DNA from: Octopus bimaculoides
Lineage: Eukaryota
Assembly: GCF_001194135.2 (NCBI RefSeq)
Contig: NC_068981.1
Location: forward strand, 60,433,085 to 60,497,084
DNA length: 64,000 nt
Reading direction: 5' to 3'
The notes beneath the pieces are model-generated. The model had not been told where the DNA came from, searched no databases, and saw only the letters and a program-made list of their open reading frames with translations. The number at the start of each line of letters is the position of its first letter. Positions within the stretch are counted from its first letter, which is position 1. The position numbers and the translations under genes are program-made. Positions 26,289 through 38,370 of this stretch are shown here, piece by piece.

Positions 26289-27166
26289 CTGGGTCTGATC
26301 AATAAGTATCCGGACTATTGCCATAGTAACCAAGCTAAAGCACGCAATGTAAAGCTACTTGGCAAAGATTGATCGTGGACACTGCTGTGCCTGTACACTA
26401 AGTTTTAATGTTCTAGCTCACTTCCGCTGTTTACAGAAGTGCTTGGAAGAAAGGTGTGTAGCGTGTAATCGTCGCATTGACCATGGCAAAGAAAGTTGCC
26501 ATAGCGATACCTGCTCAGAGGCCTACGCAAAGTTGCAGAAAGTGTATGGAGAGGAGTGTAATAGCCGCACACAAGTGTGCGAGTGGTTCAGACATTTCCA
26601 AGATGGCTGTAAAAATGTCGATCTTGACGAACGTTCTGGGAGACTTGCAACCAGCAGAACAGATGTGAGTGCAGCTGTGAGGGGAAATCGTTGACTCACC
26701 ATCCGAGAGTTATCAGGGGGTGTGTAGATTAGTTACAGTTCAGTTTAGTCCATTATCACTGAAGATTTTGGTACGAGACGTGTGTATGCCAAGTTTGTGC
26801 CAAAACAGGTTTCACCTGACCAAAAAGACACTAGTATTTCAGTTGCACAAGATCTCCTTGATTGTGTCGAGAACGATGAAAAATTCTTGAAAAATTTGCG
26901 TAGGCCTCTGAGCAAGTATTGCCAAGCTTTTGGCAAAGTTTGATGCAGATTCTCTGCCCAACTTTCTCTGTCATATTTAATGCGATGATCACACGTTACA
27001 CACCTTCCTTCCAAGCATTGCTGTAAACAGGGAAAGTGAGCTAGAATGTTAAAACTTAGTTCACATACAAAGTAGTGTTCTTGGTCAATTTGCGGAAAGC
27101 GAATTCTCTCTGCGTGCTAGCTTCGTTAGTATAGCAGCAGTTCGTATACTTATTGATTAGACCATG
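26289..27166 (+). mobile_element. Mariner-derived element with TA flanks: partial transposase plus an inverted second left end
   Basis: TA|CTGGGTCTGATCAATAAGTATCCGG at left and its inverted counterpart ending at 27166|TA. Plus strand encodes EAYAKLQKVYGEE...EWFRHFQDG...RSGR...AKFVPK...ENDEKFLK; 26897-27166 on the minus strand re-encodes the left end (QRICIKLCQKLG). Confidence 0.85.
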
Positions 27167-27238
27167 TATATATATATATATATATATATGCACTCACGCA
27201 CACACATGCACACACACATATGCACATACACACATGCT

Positions 27239-27270
<32 letters not shown>

Positions 27271-27736
27271 NNNNNNNNNNNNNNNNNNNNNNNNNNNNNN
27301 NNNNNNNNNNNNNNNNNNNNNNNNNNNNNNNNNNNNNNNNNNNNNNNNNNNNNNNNNNNNNNNNNNNNNNNNNNNNNNNNNNNNNNNNNNNNNNNNNNNN
27401 NNNNNNNNNNNNNNNNNNNNNNNNNNNNNNNNNNNNNNNNNNNNNNNNNNNNNNNNNNNNNNNNNNNNNNNNNNNNNNNNNNNNNNNNNNNNNNNNNNNN
27501 NNNNNNNNNNNNNNNNNNNNNNNNNNNNNNNNNNNNNNNNNNNNNNNNNNNNNNNNNNNNNNNNNNNNNNNNNNNNNNNNNNNNNNNNNNNNNNNNNNNN
27601 NNNNNNNNNNNNNNNNNNNNNNNNNNNNNNNNNNNNNNNNNNNNNNNNNNNNNNNNNNNNNNNNNNNNNNNNNNNNNNNNNNNNNNNNNNNNNNNNNNNN
27701 NNNNNNNNNNNNNNNNNNNNNNNNNNNNNNNNNNNN

Positions 27737-27771
<35 letters not shown>

Positions 27772-27803
27772 CAGCGCAAATGCTCCGACGGACGTAGTAA
27801 ATG

Positions 27804-27852
27804 GTCAACTAGACAGTGTTTCGGCGTACATGCCACCTACTCAGTAGTAGAC
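27804..27852 (-). ncRNA. Minimal type I hammerhead-ribozyme-like motif with atypical core
   Basis: GUCUACUA-CUGAGUA-GGUG(GCAUGUA)CGCC-GAA-ACA(C)UGU-C-UAGUUGAC: stem I 7/8 bp, stem II 4 bp, GUC cleavage triplet; one core deviation (G8>U). Confidence 0.6.
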
Positions 27853-28679
27853 ACCACCCGGTCTTTTGGAACTAGTAGATCAATATAAATCAACAAAGTT
27901 TACACTGAAGAGTGAGGTAACTTGCCAAGAAGAGATACAGGACGATGAAATAAGTAACTGACAGAAATAAGTACAGGGAATGGAATTATCCACTTTGAGC
28001 ACTTCAAAGCCGTGCTCCACTATGACTGCAGTGGAATGATTGAAACTAGCAAAAGAGTACAGTCTCTCAATAGACATATCTTGTATTTTTAGATTTTAAA
28101 TTTATGAAAAGTTCTTAACGGATGAATGTTTTGTCAGTTGTCTGACGACGTCGTTCGTCAGGATTAAGTTTTCCATTTATTGAAAAGATAAAACATTTAC
28201 ATACATTAACAAAGCGCATGTGCATCATATATATATATATATATATATATANNNNNNNNNNTACATACATACATAGACCTTACAGACATACATGCTTACA
28301 TACACATGCATACTTATATACATACATAAATTTATGTAGTACATATTACACATATTGGATTACTGGTAATTTTCAAATATGAATGCACAGACGGGCGCAA
28401 ACAGACATATATGCATAGTTGCATGTGTGCATTTAAACCTCTATACATATACATGCACATACTCATACATTCACAAGCACCCATTCAAAACACGTGTATA
28501 TGGGCAGTTAAGCACGTATATATACATATGTATGTGTGTAAGTGACTGTGTGTGTGCATATGTGTGTGTATGTATACACGGAAACACACACACGCACATA
28601 TATGTATCTATCTATGTATTTAGCTTTCATTACGGGGACAACACTCTACCGCGTAATACGTGTGTATGAGAGGATCAAT

Positions 28680-29585
28680 ATGTTAAAAAATGGCCGAACA
28701 AGAGCAAAGCAGAGGAAAAGTAGGAGGCCCATCAAGTTTCACCACTGACGTGATGATTCAACCAGGTTAAGTGATAATTATAGCGAACAGACGAGTCACT
28801 GTCGGTGAGGTGGTAAGTTCTCTGAAAATTAGTTATGATTCTGACTACGAAAACGTCCACGACAAGTTTAGCTTCCGCACAGTCTGTGCGAGATGTGTGC
28901 CATAAGATCTTACCGAAGCACTTAAGGGCAATTATGTGGAAATTTGTTAACGCTTACTTCACCGATATAACGATGAAAACAAAGCTTTGCTCTAGGGAAT
29001 AGTCTCTGGGGTCATCACTTTGAGCCAGAATTCAAAGACAGGGTATGGAATGTAAACACTCGGAATCACCAACGAAAATGCAATTCAAAACTCAAACTTC
29101 CGCTGAAATAATGATGCTAACCCCTTTATGAGACGCAAAAGGAGCTGCACTGGAACATTATCTAGAAAAGGGGGGTTGCAATCACCAGTGTAGGTTACAG
29201 CGAAATACTGGTCAACAAACTTTGAATTCAGCATTTCGCATGAAACCCCGAGTTCTATTGTCAAAACAAGTGCTATTGTTGCATAAAAAATGAACACCAA
29301 CATACGGCCGTCCACATAGTCGAAATCCTTGAAAAATTGAGTTTAGTGTTGCTGGAACACATTCAGACAGTCCATATTTCGCTCCTTTCGACTATTACCT
29401 CTTTGGATCACTCAAACATCCTTTACAAGATCGTCGATTTGCTGCGGACGAAGTACTGGAAGCAGTGCATAAATGGCTGCAGTGTCAGCCGAAAACGTTC
29501 TTCTCCGATGAAATAAACAAGCTTGTGGACCACTAGAATAAGTGCCTCGAAAGGCAAGGAGACGATACCGAAACATGATGTAATT
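28680..29585 (+). mobile_element. Decayed mariner transposase
   Basis: KNGRT...GRP...ANRRVT.GEV...ISY...VCAR.VP...HHFEPEF...KH.ESP...QTSA...DSPYFAPFDYYLF..LK..LQDRRFAADEVLEAVHKWLQCQPKTFF across frames; WVP- and YSPDLAP-like motifs are present. Confidence 0.85.
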
Positions 29586-30859
29586 GCGGAATTCCCTACA
29601 TTTGTTTCTTTGAGGCTACGAGTTTCGTCACCAGCATTCGAGTGGATAAGTAAAACATTACACACACTCATTACAGAAACAAGAGTATATGCGTAATGTT
29701 TTACTTATCCACTCGAATGTTGGTGACGAAACTCGTAGGCTCAAAGAAAATCAAACAGAAAACTTAGAGCGTGTGATGGTGTAGGCGCATTTACGGAGGG
29801 AGACATGTTAGAAAGGGAGAGATACAGAGAAAGAGGCAAGTGGGAGTAAATTGGATATAAATATAGAAAAATAGGTGTTTGTAAGTCGGTATGCGGTAGA
29901 GTTAGGAATAAATCAAATAGAAAGGAAGTAAAGAAGAAAATAGAGAAATAACAGGCATACATTCTGGTCATTAATTCTATCCCCATACCTTCTTGACTTG
30001 TTTATTCCTTATCTTTCCACTTCTCCTCACACACACACGCGCGCACATACACATACACAGTCAGCCACACAGACTGACAGACAGGCACATACACACACTA
30101 CGCAACCCCCCCCCACGTGTTTCTCCTTTTCTTACATCATTTCTCTTTCTATAAATACACTTCTGTCATCACACACGGTCTTCTATTATTTCCTATCTAC
30201 AAACATATTTTAATGTAGATACGTCTCCTTTGAAAATTTAGGAAAAGTAATTCCCTTGGATTCGTGAAGCCGAACAAATAATAAATTTTAAATATCTCTA
30301 TAATCCTTCACTCTACATTGCATTACACAACCTACCCTGCTATTGAAATTCAGAAAACCGAAACAAACTGCAATTTTGCTAAGGTTATATCCACAGAAAT
30401 TAAAACTGCAATTTATCACGTTTCAAACATACACATCCACACACACGTACACACAAACACAAACACAAACATACATGCATACATAGATGCATAAACAAAC
30501 ACACACATACACACACACACGCACATATATAGATAGATAGATATGTATGTGTACATATCTCTCTCCCCTATTTCTCCTTTCCTCTCTCTCTTTGCTCACA
30601 CGTGACCATTGTCCATCTTACTTTTCTTCACGTGACCACCTTTCTTTCCTGTACAGACGTTCTAGAGACTGGACGCCTCATATCTATCTCATCTATCTTT
30701 TCTATTTTCAAAGAAAATATTTCTCTCAGCATTCACTATTTTTCTCTCATTCAGGTCCAACGACCTTCCATATTTGTTTTCGTTCGGTTTCGTTGTATGT
30801 CACCACTCTCCTGTTTTTGTTAATAACTTTGGCACTCCATAAATCCAAAATATTATTTT

Positions 30860-31068
30860 GCTATTCATGAGAGCAACTGTCTTCAGAAACTCATATTGTC
30901 GTTGATTGCTCGAAATGGGAAGTAGATGAACAGCCAACAACTGATGAAGGGGTCGTTCTTTGTATTACTTGTCTTGTTTTCCATTTCTTCTCTCGTTATT
31001 CTCGTATTTAGTCCATTTGTTTTTGTATTTCATGTTGTTCACTGTTGGTGAAGTCCTGTACCCATATA
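30860..31068 (+). mobile_element. Penelope-like terminal-repeat fragment with two hammerhead-like cores
   Basis: TTCATGA-GAGCAA...TTGCTC-GAAA (30864-30915), then CTGATGA at 30941. The tail CAACTGATGAAGGG...GTCCTGTACCCATATA is shared with 55590-55770. Confidence 0.45.
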
Positions 31069-32018
31069 NNNNNNNNNNNNNNNNNNNNNNNNNNNNNNNN
31101 NNNNNNNNNNNNNNNNNNNNNNNNNNNNNNNNNNNNNNNNNNNNNNNNNNNNNNNNNNNNNNNNNNNNNNNNNNNNNNNNNNNNNNNNNNNNNNNNNNNN
31201 NNNNNNNNNNNNNNNNNNNNNNNNNNNNNNNNNNNNNNNNNNNNNNNNNNNNNNNNNNNNNNNNNNNNNNNNNNNNNNNNNNNNNNNNNNNNNNNNNNNN
31301 NNNNNNNNNNNNNNNNNNNNNNNNNNNNNNNNNNNNNNNNNNNNNNNNNNNNNNNNNNNNNNNNNNNNNNNNNNNNNNNNNNNNNNNNNNNNNNNNNNNN
31401 NNNNNNNNNNNNNNNNNNNNNNNNNNNNNNNNNNNNNNNNNNNNNNNNNNNNNNNNNNNNNNNNNNNNNNNNNNNNNNNNNNNNNNNNNNNNNNNNNNNN
31501 NNNNNNNNNNNNNNNNNNNNNNNNNNNNNNNNNNNNNNNNNNNNNNNNNNNNNNNNNNNNNNNNNNNNNNNNNNNNNNNNNNNNNNNNNNNNNNNNNNNN
31601 NNNNNNNNNNNNNNNNNNNNNNNNNNNNNNNNNNNNNNNNNNNNNNNNNNNNNNNNNNNNNNNNNNNNNNNNNNNNNNNNNNNNNNNNNNNNNNNNNNNN
31701 NNNNNNNNNNNNNNNNNNNNNNNNNNNNNNNNNNNNNNNNNNNNNNNNNNNNNNNNNNNNNNNNNNNNNNNNNNNNNNNNNNNNNNNNNNNNNNNNNNNN
31801 NNNNNNNNNNNNNNNNNNNNNNNNNNNNNNNNNNNNNNNNNNNNNNNNNNNNNNNNNNNNNNNNNNNNNNNNNNNNNNNNNNNNNNNNNNNNNNNNNNNN
31901 NNNNNNNNNNNNNNNNNNNNNNNNNNNNNNNNNNNNNNNNNNNNNNNNNNNNNNNNNNNNNNNNNNNNNNNNNNNNNNNNNNNNNNNNNNNNNNNNNNNN
32001 NNNNNNNNNNNNNNNNNN

Positions 32019-32060
<42 letters not shown>

Positions 32061-32269
32061 GGAACGGTGACAGGGAGAGAAGAACAGAAAGAATGAACAA
32101 GAGAGGGAGAGAGATACACAGAGAAGAGATAGTAGAGGAGTGCGCATTGTAATTATTAAGATAAAACTTACTTGGAAAAGAATATGTGGCGTTCTATCAT
32201 ATAAATAATATATAAATATATCCATATATCCATACATATATGTACATACCTACATCTATATGTATACAT

Positions 32270-32628
32270 ACATGCATATATTGGATCATGCGTCCATGCC
32301 ACATGAAACATTGCTTACAACCCATTGCCTCGTTGCCGTAAGCTTGGCGAAGCATGCTCAATGTCTCTGTATAAGAATTCCCAAGTTTAAGGCAAAATTT
32401 CACGTTAGCTCTTTGTTCCAACTTCCTGTCCATGACAAAAGTCACTGGCTACAACATACACGTAATCACAAGAACGCGAATTTCACAGCTTGCGAAACCC
32501 AGCGATGCTTCTCGGCACACTGCATCATAAAGGTCACTGCTAGGACTCACTGCGCACAAAACCATGTACTGCCATCTGCTGGTGCGCTACAGAACTTGTC
32601 CGGGAACCTTTTGATGTCACCTCGTAAG
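32270..32628 (-). mobile_element. Mariner left end with transposase N-terminus
   Basis: TA|CGAGGTGACATCAAAAGGTTCCCGGAC terminal sequence; MDRKLEQRANVKFCLKLGNSYTETLSMLRQAYGNEAM. Confidence 0.8.
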
Positions 32629-32644
32629 TGTAAGTGTGTGTGTG

Positions 32645-32682
<38 letters not shown>

Positions 32683-32684
<2 letters not shown>

Positions 32685-33025
32685 GGCGCAGGCATCGCTG
32701 TCTGATAAGAAGCTCGCTTCCAGAGTATATAGCTCCGGGTTCAGTCTCACTGCCTGGCACCTTGGGCATGTGCCTACTATTATAGCTGTAGATCGACCAA
32801 AGCCTTGTAAGTGGATTTGATAGACGTGTTTCTTTCCCCACCACCGCTTGCAACAGGCGCTTGTGAGTTTATGTCCCCGGAACTTATCGATTTCAGAAAA
32901 GAAACCGATGGAATAAGTACCAAGCTTTAAAAAGAAAAGTACTGTGATCGATTTATTCAATTAAAAATTTAAGGCAATGCTCCAGCATGGACGTAGTCTA
33001 ATGTGTGAAACAAGTAAAAGATAAA
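32683..33025 (+). mobile_element. tRNA-derived SINE, near full length
   Basis: GGCGCAGGCATCGCTGT...GGTTCAGTCTC (B-box-like)...GGCACCTTGGGC...tail TGAAACAAGTAAAAGATAAAAGA. Confidence 0.75.
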
Positions 33026-33462
33026 AGAAATATAATTAAATGTACAGTGGTGACTGTGTGATAAGAAGCTTGTTGCCAGTCATATGGTGTAAGGTTCAGT
33101 GCGTGACAACTTAGGTAAGTGTCTTCCACTATAACAACGATATGTATATGTGTGTGTGTGTGTTGTGTATGTGTTATGTGTGTGTTGTGCATGTGTGTGT
33201 GCATGTGTGTGTATGTGTCGTTCCGCTTGTATTTGTCCCACATCACCACTTAAGTGGTGTTCGTTTGTTTATATCCCCTTAACTTGGTGGTTAGGCAATA
33301 GGTAGATTGTTTAAGGGATGTAATGGCGGGTTCCGTCCCAACTCACCCAAATGCTTTCCTGTAGCCAGCAAATGCAAAATAAAAATGTATAATGTACTTT
33401 GTGACTATTTTTCACTCACACACACTGAGTAATAGTTAAATATAATGTACTTTGTGACTATT

Positions 33463-33498
<36 letters not shown>

Positions 33499-33513
33499 CC
33501 GCTCGCACGCACG

Positions 33514-33568
<55 letters not shown>

Positions 33569-33599
33569 AGATATGTACGATCCAGTGATCCAAGTGTAG

Positions 33600-35600
33600 T
33601 CAGTTAGTAAGGTTCTAGAATATATGTGGCTAGTACAGATGATAAAAGGTGGACAAATGCGATAAAATAAGTTTATTAGCATCGTAGATTACACACTTCG
33701 TCCCATTTCGAAATTAAAACGGATTTGGATATGCTGACAGTCCCCATACAACTCAGTTTAGCAACTAAAGTTGTTAAAAATGCGAATAAAAATCGCTATA
33801 AGTAAGGAATGGACTACGACCGTTTCATTTGCTAATCTCTACATGACAATGTAAACAACGTGCAGGTAACAACACCTGAAGATTAGCTACCTTGCTTTTA
33901 TTATTTACAGATACTAAAATACTCAGGAATCTTTAAGAATAAAATTAGAGTAGGCCATAGCCTAACTAGTAACCTAGCTACCATCATATAAGCTAGACGC
34001 CTTCTAGGAAACTAGGAAAAATACCAACATAAACATAACTGCTAACAGGCAAATGGAATAAATCTAGTCCCTGATAACTCGCCCTCAAACAACACTGACA
34101 GCAGGATAGATAATAACCCACCACAGCATAACACAAGCACACATAAACTGAATAATTTATGTGGCTGCAGAGACAGAAATAAGTGTCAATTCTCCAATAG
34201 GTGTAAAGCAAAAAAAGCGTAATAAACCAATGCAATGTACTCGCACATAACCATACGAAATCTGATATAGGAGTCACGAAAAATGAAATGAAACTTACAT
34301 ACAAATCCCACCAATCTACCTTTAGAAATAGAAGTAAAGCAAACTCTACACGACTTAGTAGCTACATCTGGGTAATTAAAAGACAAAAACATCGACTATA
34401 GTTTAGAGTGGTGTATCCTAGCGAAAACTCTGTCTTATACCATTATCAATAAGTGCTGTAACACTTATTGAGAACAGAGAAACTACTAATTTTAATGGCC
34501 AAATCACCTCTATTCAATAAAAGATATGAAAATAATTCTTTTTGTTTGTATAAACGCCCGTTCGTATTCTCTAAGTTTCGTTAAACCCGCCCATTCCTGT
34601 ATACACCACCATCTCCTAGCTTAAACGTTATTAGCAGACCTACTTATCAGCGTATTACCTCCCCATAATCTTCCCGAACTATATTATAAATAAATAAAAA
34701 TTGTTATATCTTACGCTAGCTTACTCCAACACGCATCAATAAATAATATACCTAATCTACTTTCTATGCTAGCCTACCTTTTTCTTATAATTCTTTTCAG
34801 TCGAGAACTACCAACCCTTTTTGCACGCTAAATTACCCCTCTTCCATATTTTTCTTTTCTTTTGCATTGCACACCTCAAACCTAAATATAATTCCGTTAC
34901 TTTGTCTTTACACGCTAAATCGTACTCCTGCTAGATATAAACTTTACCCTTATTTACGGCTTCCTTTGCAAATATTCGAATTACCCACAACCTATAAGTT
35001 AGTGACACATAGCTCCTATTAACACACTGGATATCCCTAATTACCGATAACTTCCTCAAAATACACCGGCGGTCAACTAGTCGTACAGGCAGACACGTGT
35101 AAGTCATGCTAATAACTAACTAGGAGACTTCAGATTCAACCAACCTCTATTCTTCAACTACATCACAATGGATCTATTGAACTTTGAACCCAACTAAAAT
35201 GTAAGACTTTCGAATCATTAAACATTTTCTTTTCCGATTTCTCCCTCTATTTTTCGCTCTATTCTCCTCTTTGTCTATCTCTGCCTTCTTGGTTCTGATG
35301 ACATCTACCATTTACATCGAGGTAAATACATATTTACCTCAAAATGGTACACAGAAACAGCTGTAAACTCACTCTTACCTTCACCTTGCTTAACTAATTA
35401 AATAATGGCTTTTTTGCAGCAAAGTTTTTTCCTCCATTTTCTTATCGTCTATATATACATTGAACTACGGTTCACCATTATAAATTACCTGCTGCCGTAT
35501 ACCTTATACCAAGGACCATACTTACTGTGGTACTTACCAGGTGTACCTCTGGATACTTCTATTCCTTAGAGGGCTTAACACCGCTAACTCATATCTTACN
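33600..35600 (+). mobile_element. Penelope-like element: linker, GIY-YIG endonuclease, 3' terminal region
   Basis: KIRVGHSLTSNLATII; CGCRDRNKCQFSNRC; SVINQCNV...KSDIGVTKNEMK.TYKSHQSTFRN...STRLSSYIW.LKDKNIDYSLEWCILAK...TEKLLILMAKSPLFNKRYE (frameshifted); hammerhead-like motif at 35291-35369. Confidence 0.85.
35291..35369 (+). ncRNA. Type I hammerhead-like motif in the Penelope 3' terminal region
   Basis: GGTT-CTGATGA-[TACCATTT...GAGGTAAAT-ACAT-ATTTACCTC...AAATGGTA]-GAA-ACAGCTGT-A-AACT: intact core, palindromic stem III, GUA triplet; the base of stem II is mispaired. Confidence 0.6.
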
Positions 35601-35737
35601 NNNNNNNNNGCGACAATGGAAACTTCATTTAATCATGATATCCTCGGCCTGAAATGTTGCTCGCTGTATATGCATCACTTGGAAATTTACCGACTGGTTT
35701 AGTTCTATTACTAATAAGAGAAGCACTAAGTTTATCC

Positions 35738-36215
35738 AGTTTGACATTTCTAGTTTTTATTCCTCCATCAACCCAATAGTACTTAATAAGGCACTTTGGC
35801 TTGCTCATAACAATGCTGGTCTCACCAGGGAAGAAATTAATGTTGTGTTGGCCGCCAGAAAATCTATCATAAAATTTGACAATAAGTTGTGGGTCCGTAA
35901 AGACACACTAGATAGTTTTGATGTTACAATGGGAGTTCTGATTCAGCTCAAGTAGCTGATTTAGTCTGTTTATATATACTTTTTGAAATGGCAGAACAGT
36001 TCCCAAACATAAATGGAGGTCTATATTGTGATGATTGTTTACTTTACCTTCAAAATGCTTCCGACCAAAAAGTACAAAAAGTTAAGAATAGTTTAGTTAA
36101 GTTTTTTTCCGTAGAATGGGCTTAAGCATCGTTTTTGATGATGATGTAACGAAGGCCAACTATTTAGACAGTACACTTAACTTACAAACTAATTCGTACT
36201 TTTCATACCACAAAC
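35738..36215 (+). mobile_element. Penelope-type reverse transcriptase fragment
   Basis: FDISSFYSSI...ARKSII...WVRK...FDVTMG/SSDSAQVADLV...GGLYCDD...GLSIV...NYLDSTLNL. Confidence 0.85.
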
Positions 36216-37354
36216 AGGCATTAAATCATGGGTATAGTGCTGTGTTGGATGACGTTAAATCTGTCACCTCATCCAGAGCTCTAACGTGTCTGCCTAAACT
36301 AGAATTTTATTTCATGAGCCTTGAACGTACGGAAATCAACGTTGATTTTAAGGAGAATTTGAGCTTAGAGATCAGTGAGCAGGATCAAATGCTATAAACC
36401 ATTTTTTACCTACGCTGAAACAATCCAGCCAATTTACTGCATTTACCCTTTGGTTGTGCCCAGAAACAACTGTAATCCTCGAGATTTCTCTCTTTACCTG
36501 CACTTTATCTGCAACTATTAACTAGCTGTATTTCAAACTGAAATAGTTTTTATCGTGTTCGTTGTAAGATTTTGTGAAGGATATGCAAGTGGGTGACCTC
36601 CAGTTTGTGTAGGAGCAGTGGTTGTGAATGCTAATAATGAAAGCATTGTAAGTTGTAATTGTTCATTAGCCCCAATTTGGCACTGAACAAGCATACTTAT
36701 GATGAAATACTTTTCAGCTACGGCAATTCCATCTATTTAGGGTATTATGCACTCCAGATTACAATTTCTGATGTATCCCCTTGGAAATATTAGACTGTAT
36801 CAAGTTGAGATTTGAGTCAGATATGATTGTAACCTTTTACAATTCAAGCGACTACGTAGAGGCTATCTTGCCTTATAGCATTTCTATGTCGTTATCGCTG
36901 CTGTTTAGCCTTGATCAGGTATTCCTGTCATGACTGCCATTCATGTATATAAGTGTTTAGGGTCATATTAACTTGTATACCTTTAAACATATGAAGATGG
37001 TGGGCCGATATGTGGGTAAGATATAGTTGCTATTTCTAGCAGGCCCGCAGAAGCATCATCATTACTTTTCACTGTTATTTTCATCTGTTTAGAAGTGAAT
37101 GTCTTCAGATGTTGTTTAGCGCCAGTTCAACCTTGGTAGAGTAAATCTATAATTAAAAGTAATCAAACTAGAAGCTCCGAATTCTGCCGGGGATTTCAAG
37201 AAACACATTATTTAAGGTAGAGTGTATTATTTGAGAAACATAAATATGTATGCTTACACACACATTCACACATATATATATACATACACACATATTACAG
37301 TTTTTTTTTGTATGTATACGGGTGAGAAAATGTACACGATATATATAATCCTTT

Positions 37355-37815
37355 CTATTATAGGCACAAGGCTTGAACTTTGGGGGAAGGGGATAGTCGA
37401 TTACATCGTCCCCAGTGCGTAACTGGTACTTAATTTATCGACTCCGAAAGAATGAGAAGCAAAGTCGACCTCGGTGGAATTTGAACTCAGAACGTAAAGA
37501 CAGACGAAATACCACTAGGCATTTTACCCGGCGTGCTAACGTTTCTGTCAGCTCGCTGCCTTAATAAAATTGCGTCAACAATACGAAATAATTCTTTCTA
37601 TTATAGGCACAAGGCCTGAAATTCGGATGGTGGGGGAGGGGTTAAGTCGATTACATTGACCCCAGTGTTCAACTGGTACTTAATTTATCGACCCTGTAAG
37701 GATGAAAGGTAAATCGACCTCAGCAGAATTTGAACTCAGAACGTTGCGAAGGGTGGGGCGAAATAGCGCTAAGCATTTCATCCAGTGCGCTAACGATTCT
37801 CCCAGCTTGCGGCCT
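37355..37815 (-). mobile_element. Two tandem tRNA-derived SINE copies
   Basis: Duplicated blocks TCTATTATAGGCACAAGGC.TGAA...GTCGATTACAT.G.CCCCAGTG...AACTGGTACTTAATTTATCGAC...GAATTTGAACTCAGAACGT at ~37355-37565 and ~37605-37815. Confidence 0.8.
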
Positions 37816-38064
37816 TGTACACGATATATATAATTACAAATGATTGCATGTCGGGTTTGAGCAGTGTTCAATTAACGAAACGGTTTCCTCATTGAAGTAT
37901 CATACGAAATGGCAGAGTATTCCACACACAAATGTACTCTTTTTAAGCACTGTGATACAGTCTGTATTAGAGTTTATTTATTCGATCGAAGCTGATGATT
38001 CATTACATCACCATTCCATCCGTCTTTATCGTTTAGTGTTTTATCGTCTGAAGGAACTTCACTG

Positions 38065-38370
38065 AAGGCGTGTGTCTCTGTGGTTAGTGTATTCGGCTTA
38101 CGGTTGTCAATTTAAATACCAGCAGCACGTCGTGTCCCTGAGCAAAAAACTTTATTTCGCGTTGCTCCAGTCCAGTCAGCTGGTAATGATGAGTTCTACC
38201 TGTAATTCAAAGAGCTAGTCTTGTCACATTCTGTGTTTGATGCTGAATTTTCCTCAGAACTACGTTAAGGTTACGCGTGTCTGTAGAATACTCAGCCACT
38301 TGCAGGTTAATTGCACGAGCAGGCTGTTCCGTTGATCGAATCAACTGGAACTCTCGTCGTCATTACCAGA
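38065..38370 (+). mobile_element. SINE with CORE-like central block
   Basis: tRNA-like head, GTGTCCCTGAGCAAAAAACTTTATTTC...CCAGTCCAGTCAGCTG, then the block shared with 1-256. The CORE-like label is from memory. Confidence 0.7.

Noticed and set aside
28142-28161. CTGACGA-CGTCGT-TCGTCAG inverted repeat starting with a hammerhead-like 7-mer
   Set aside because: There is no GAAA half; it is a short palindrome that could arise by chance.
33560-35600. Possible NUMT suggested by strand-skewed, A/C-rich composition
   Set aside because: No mitochondrial gene motifs were found; translation gives Penelope GIY-YIG motifs instead.
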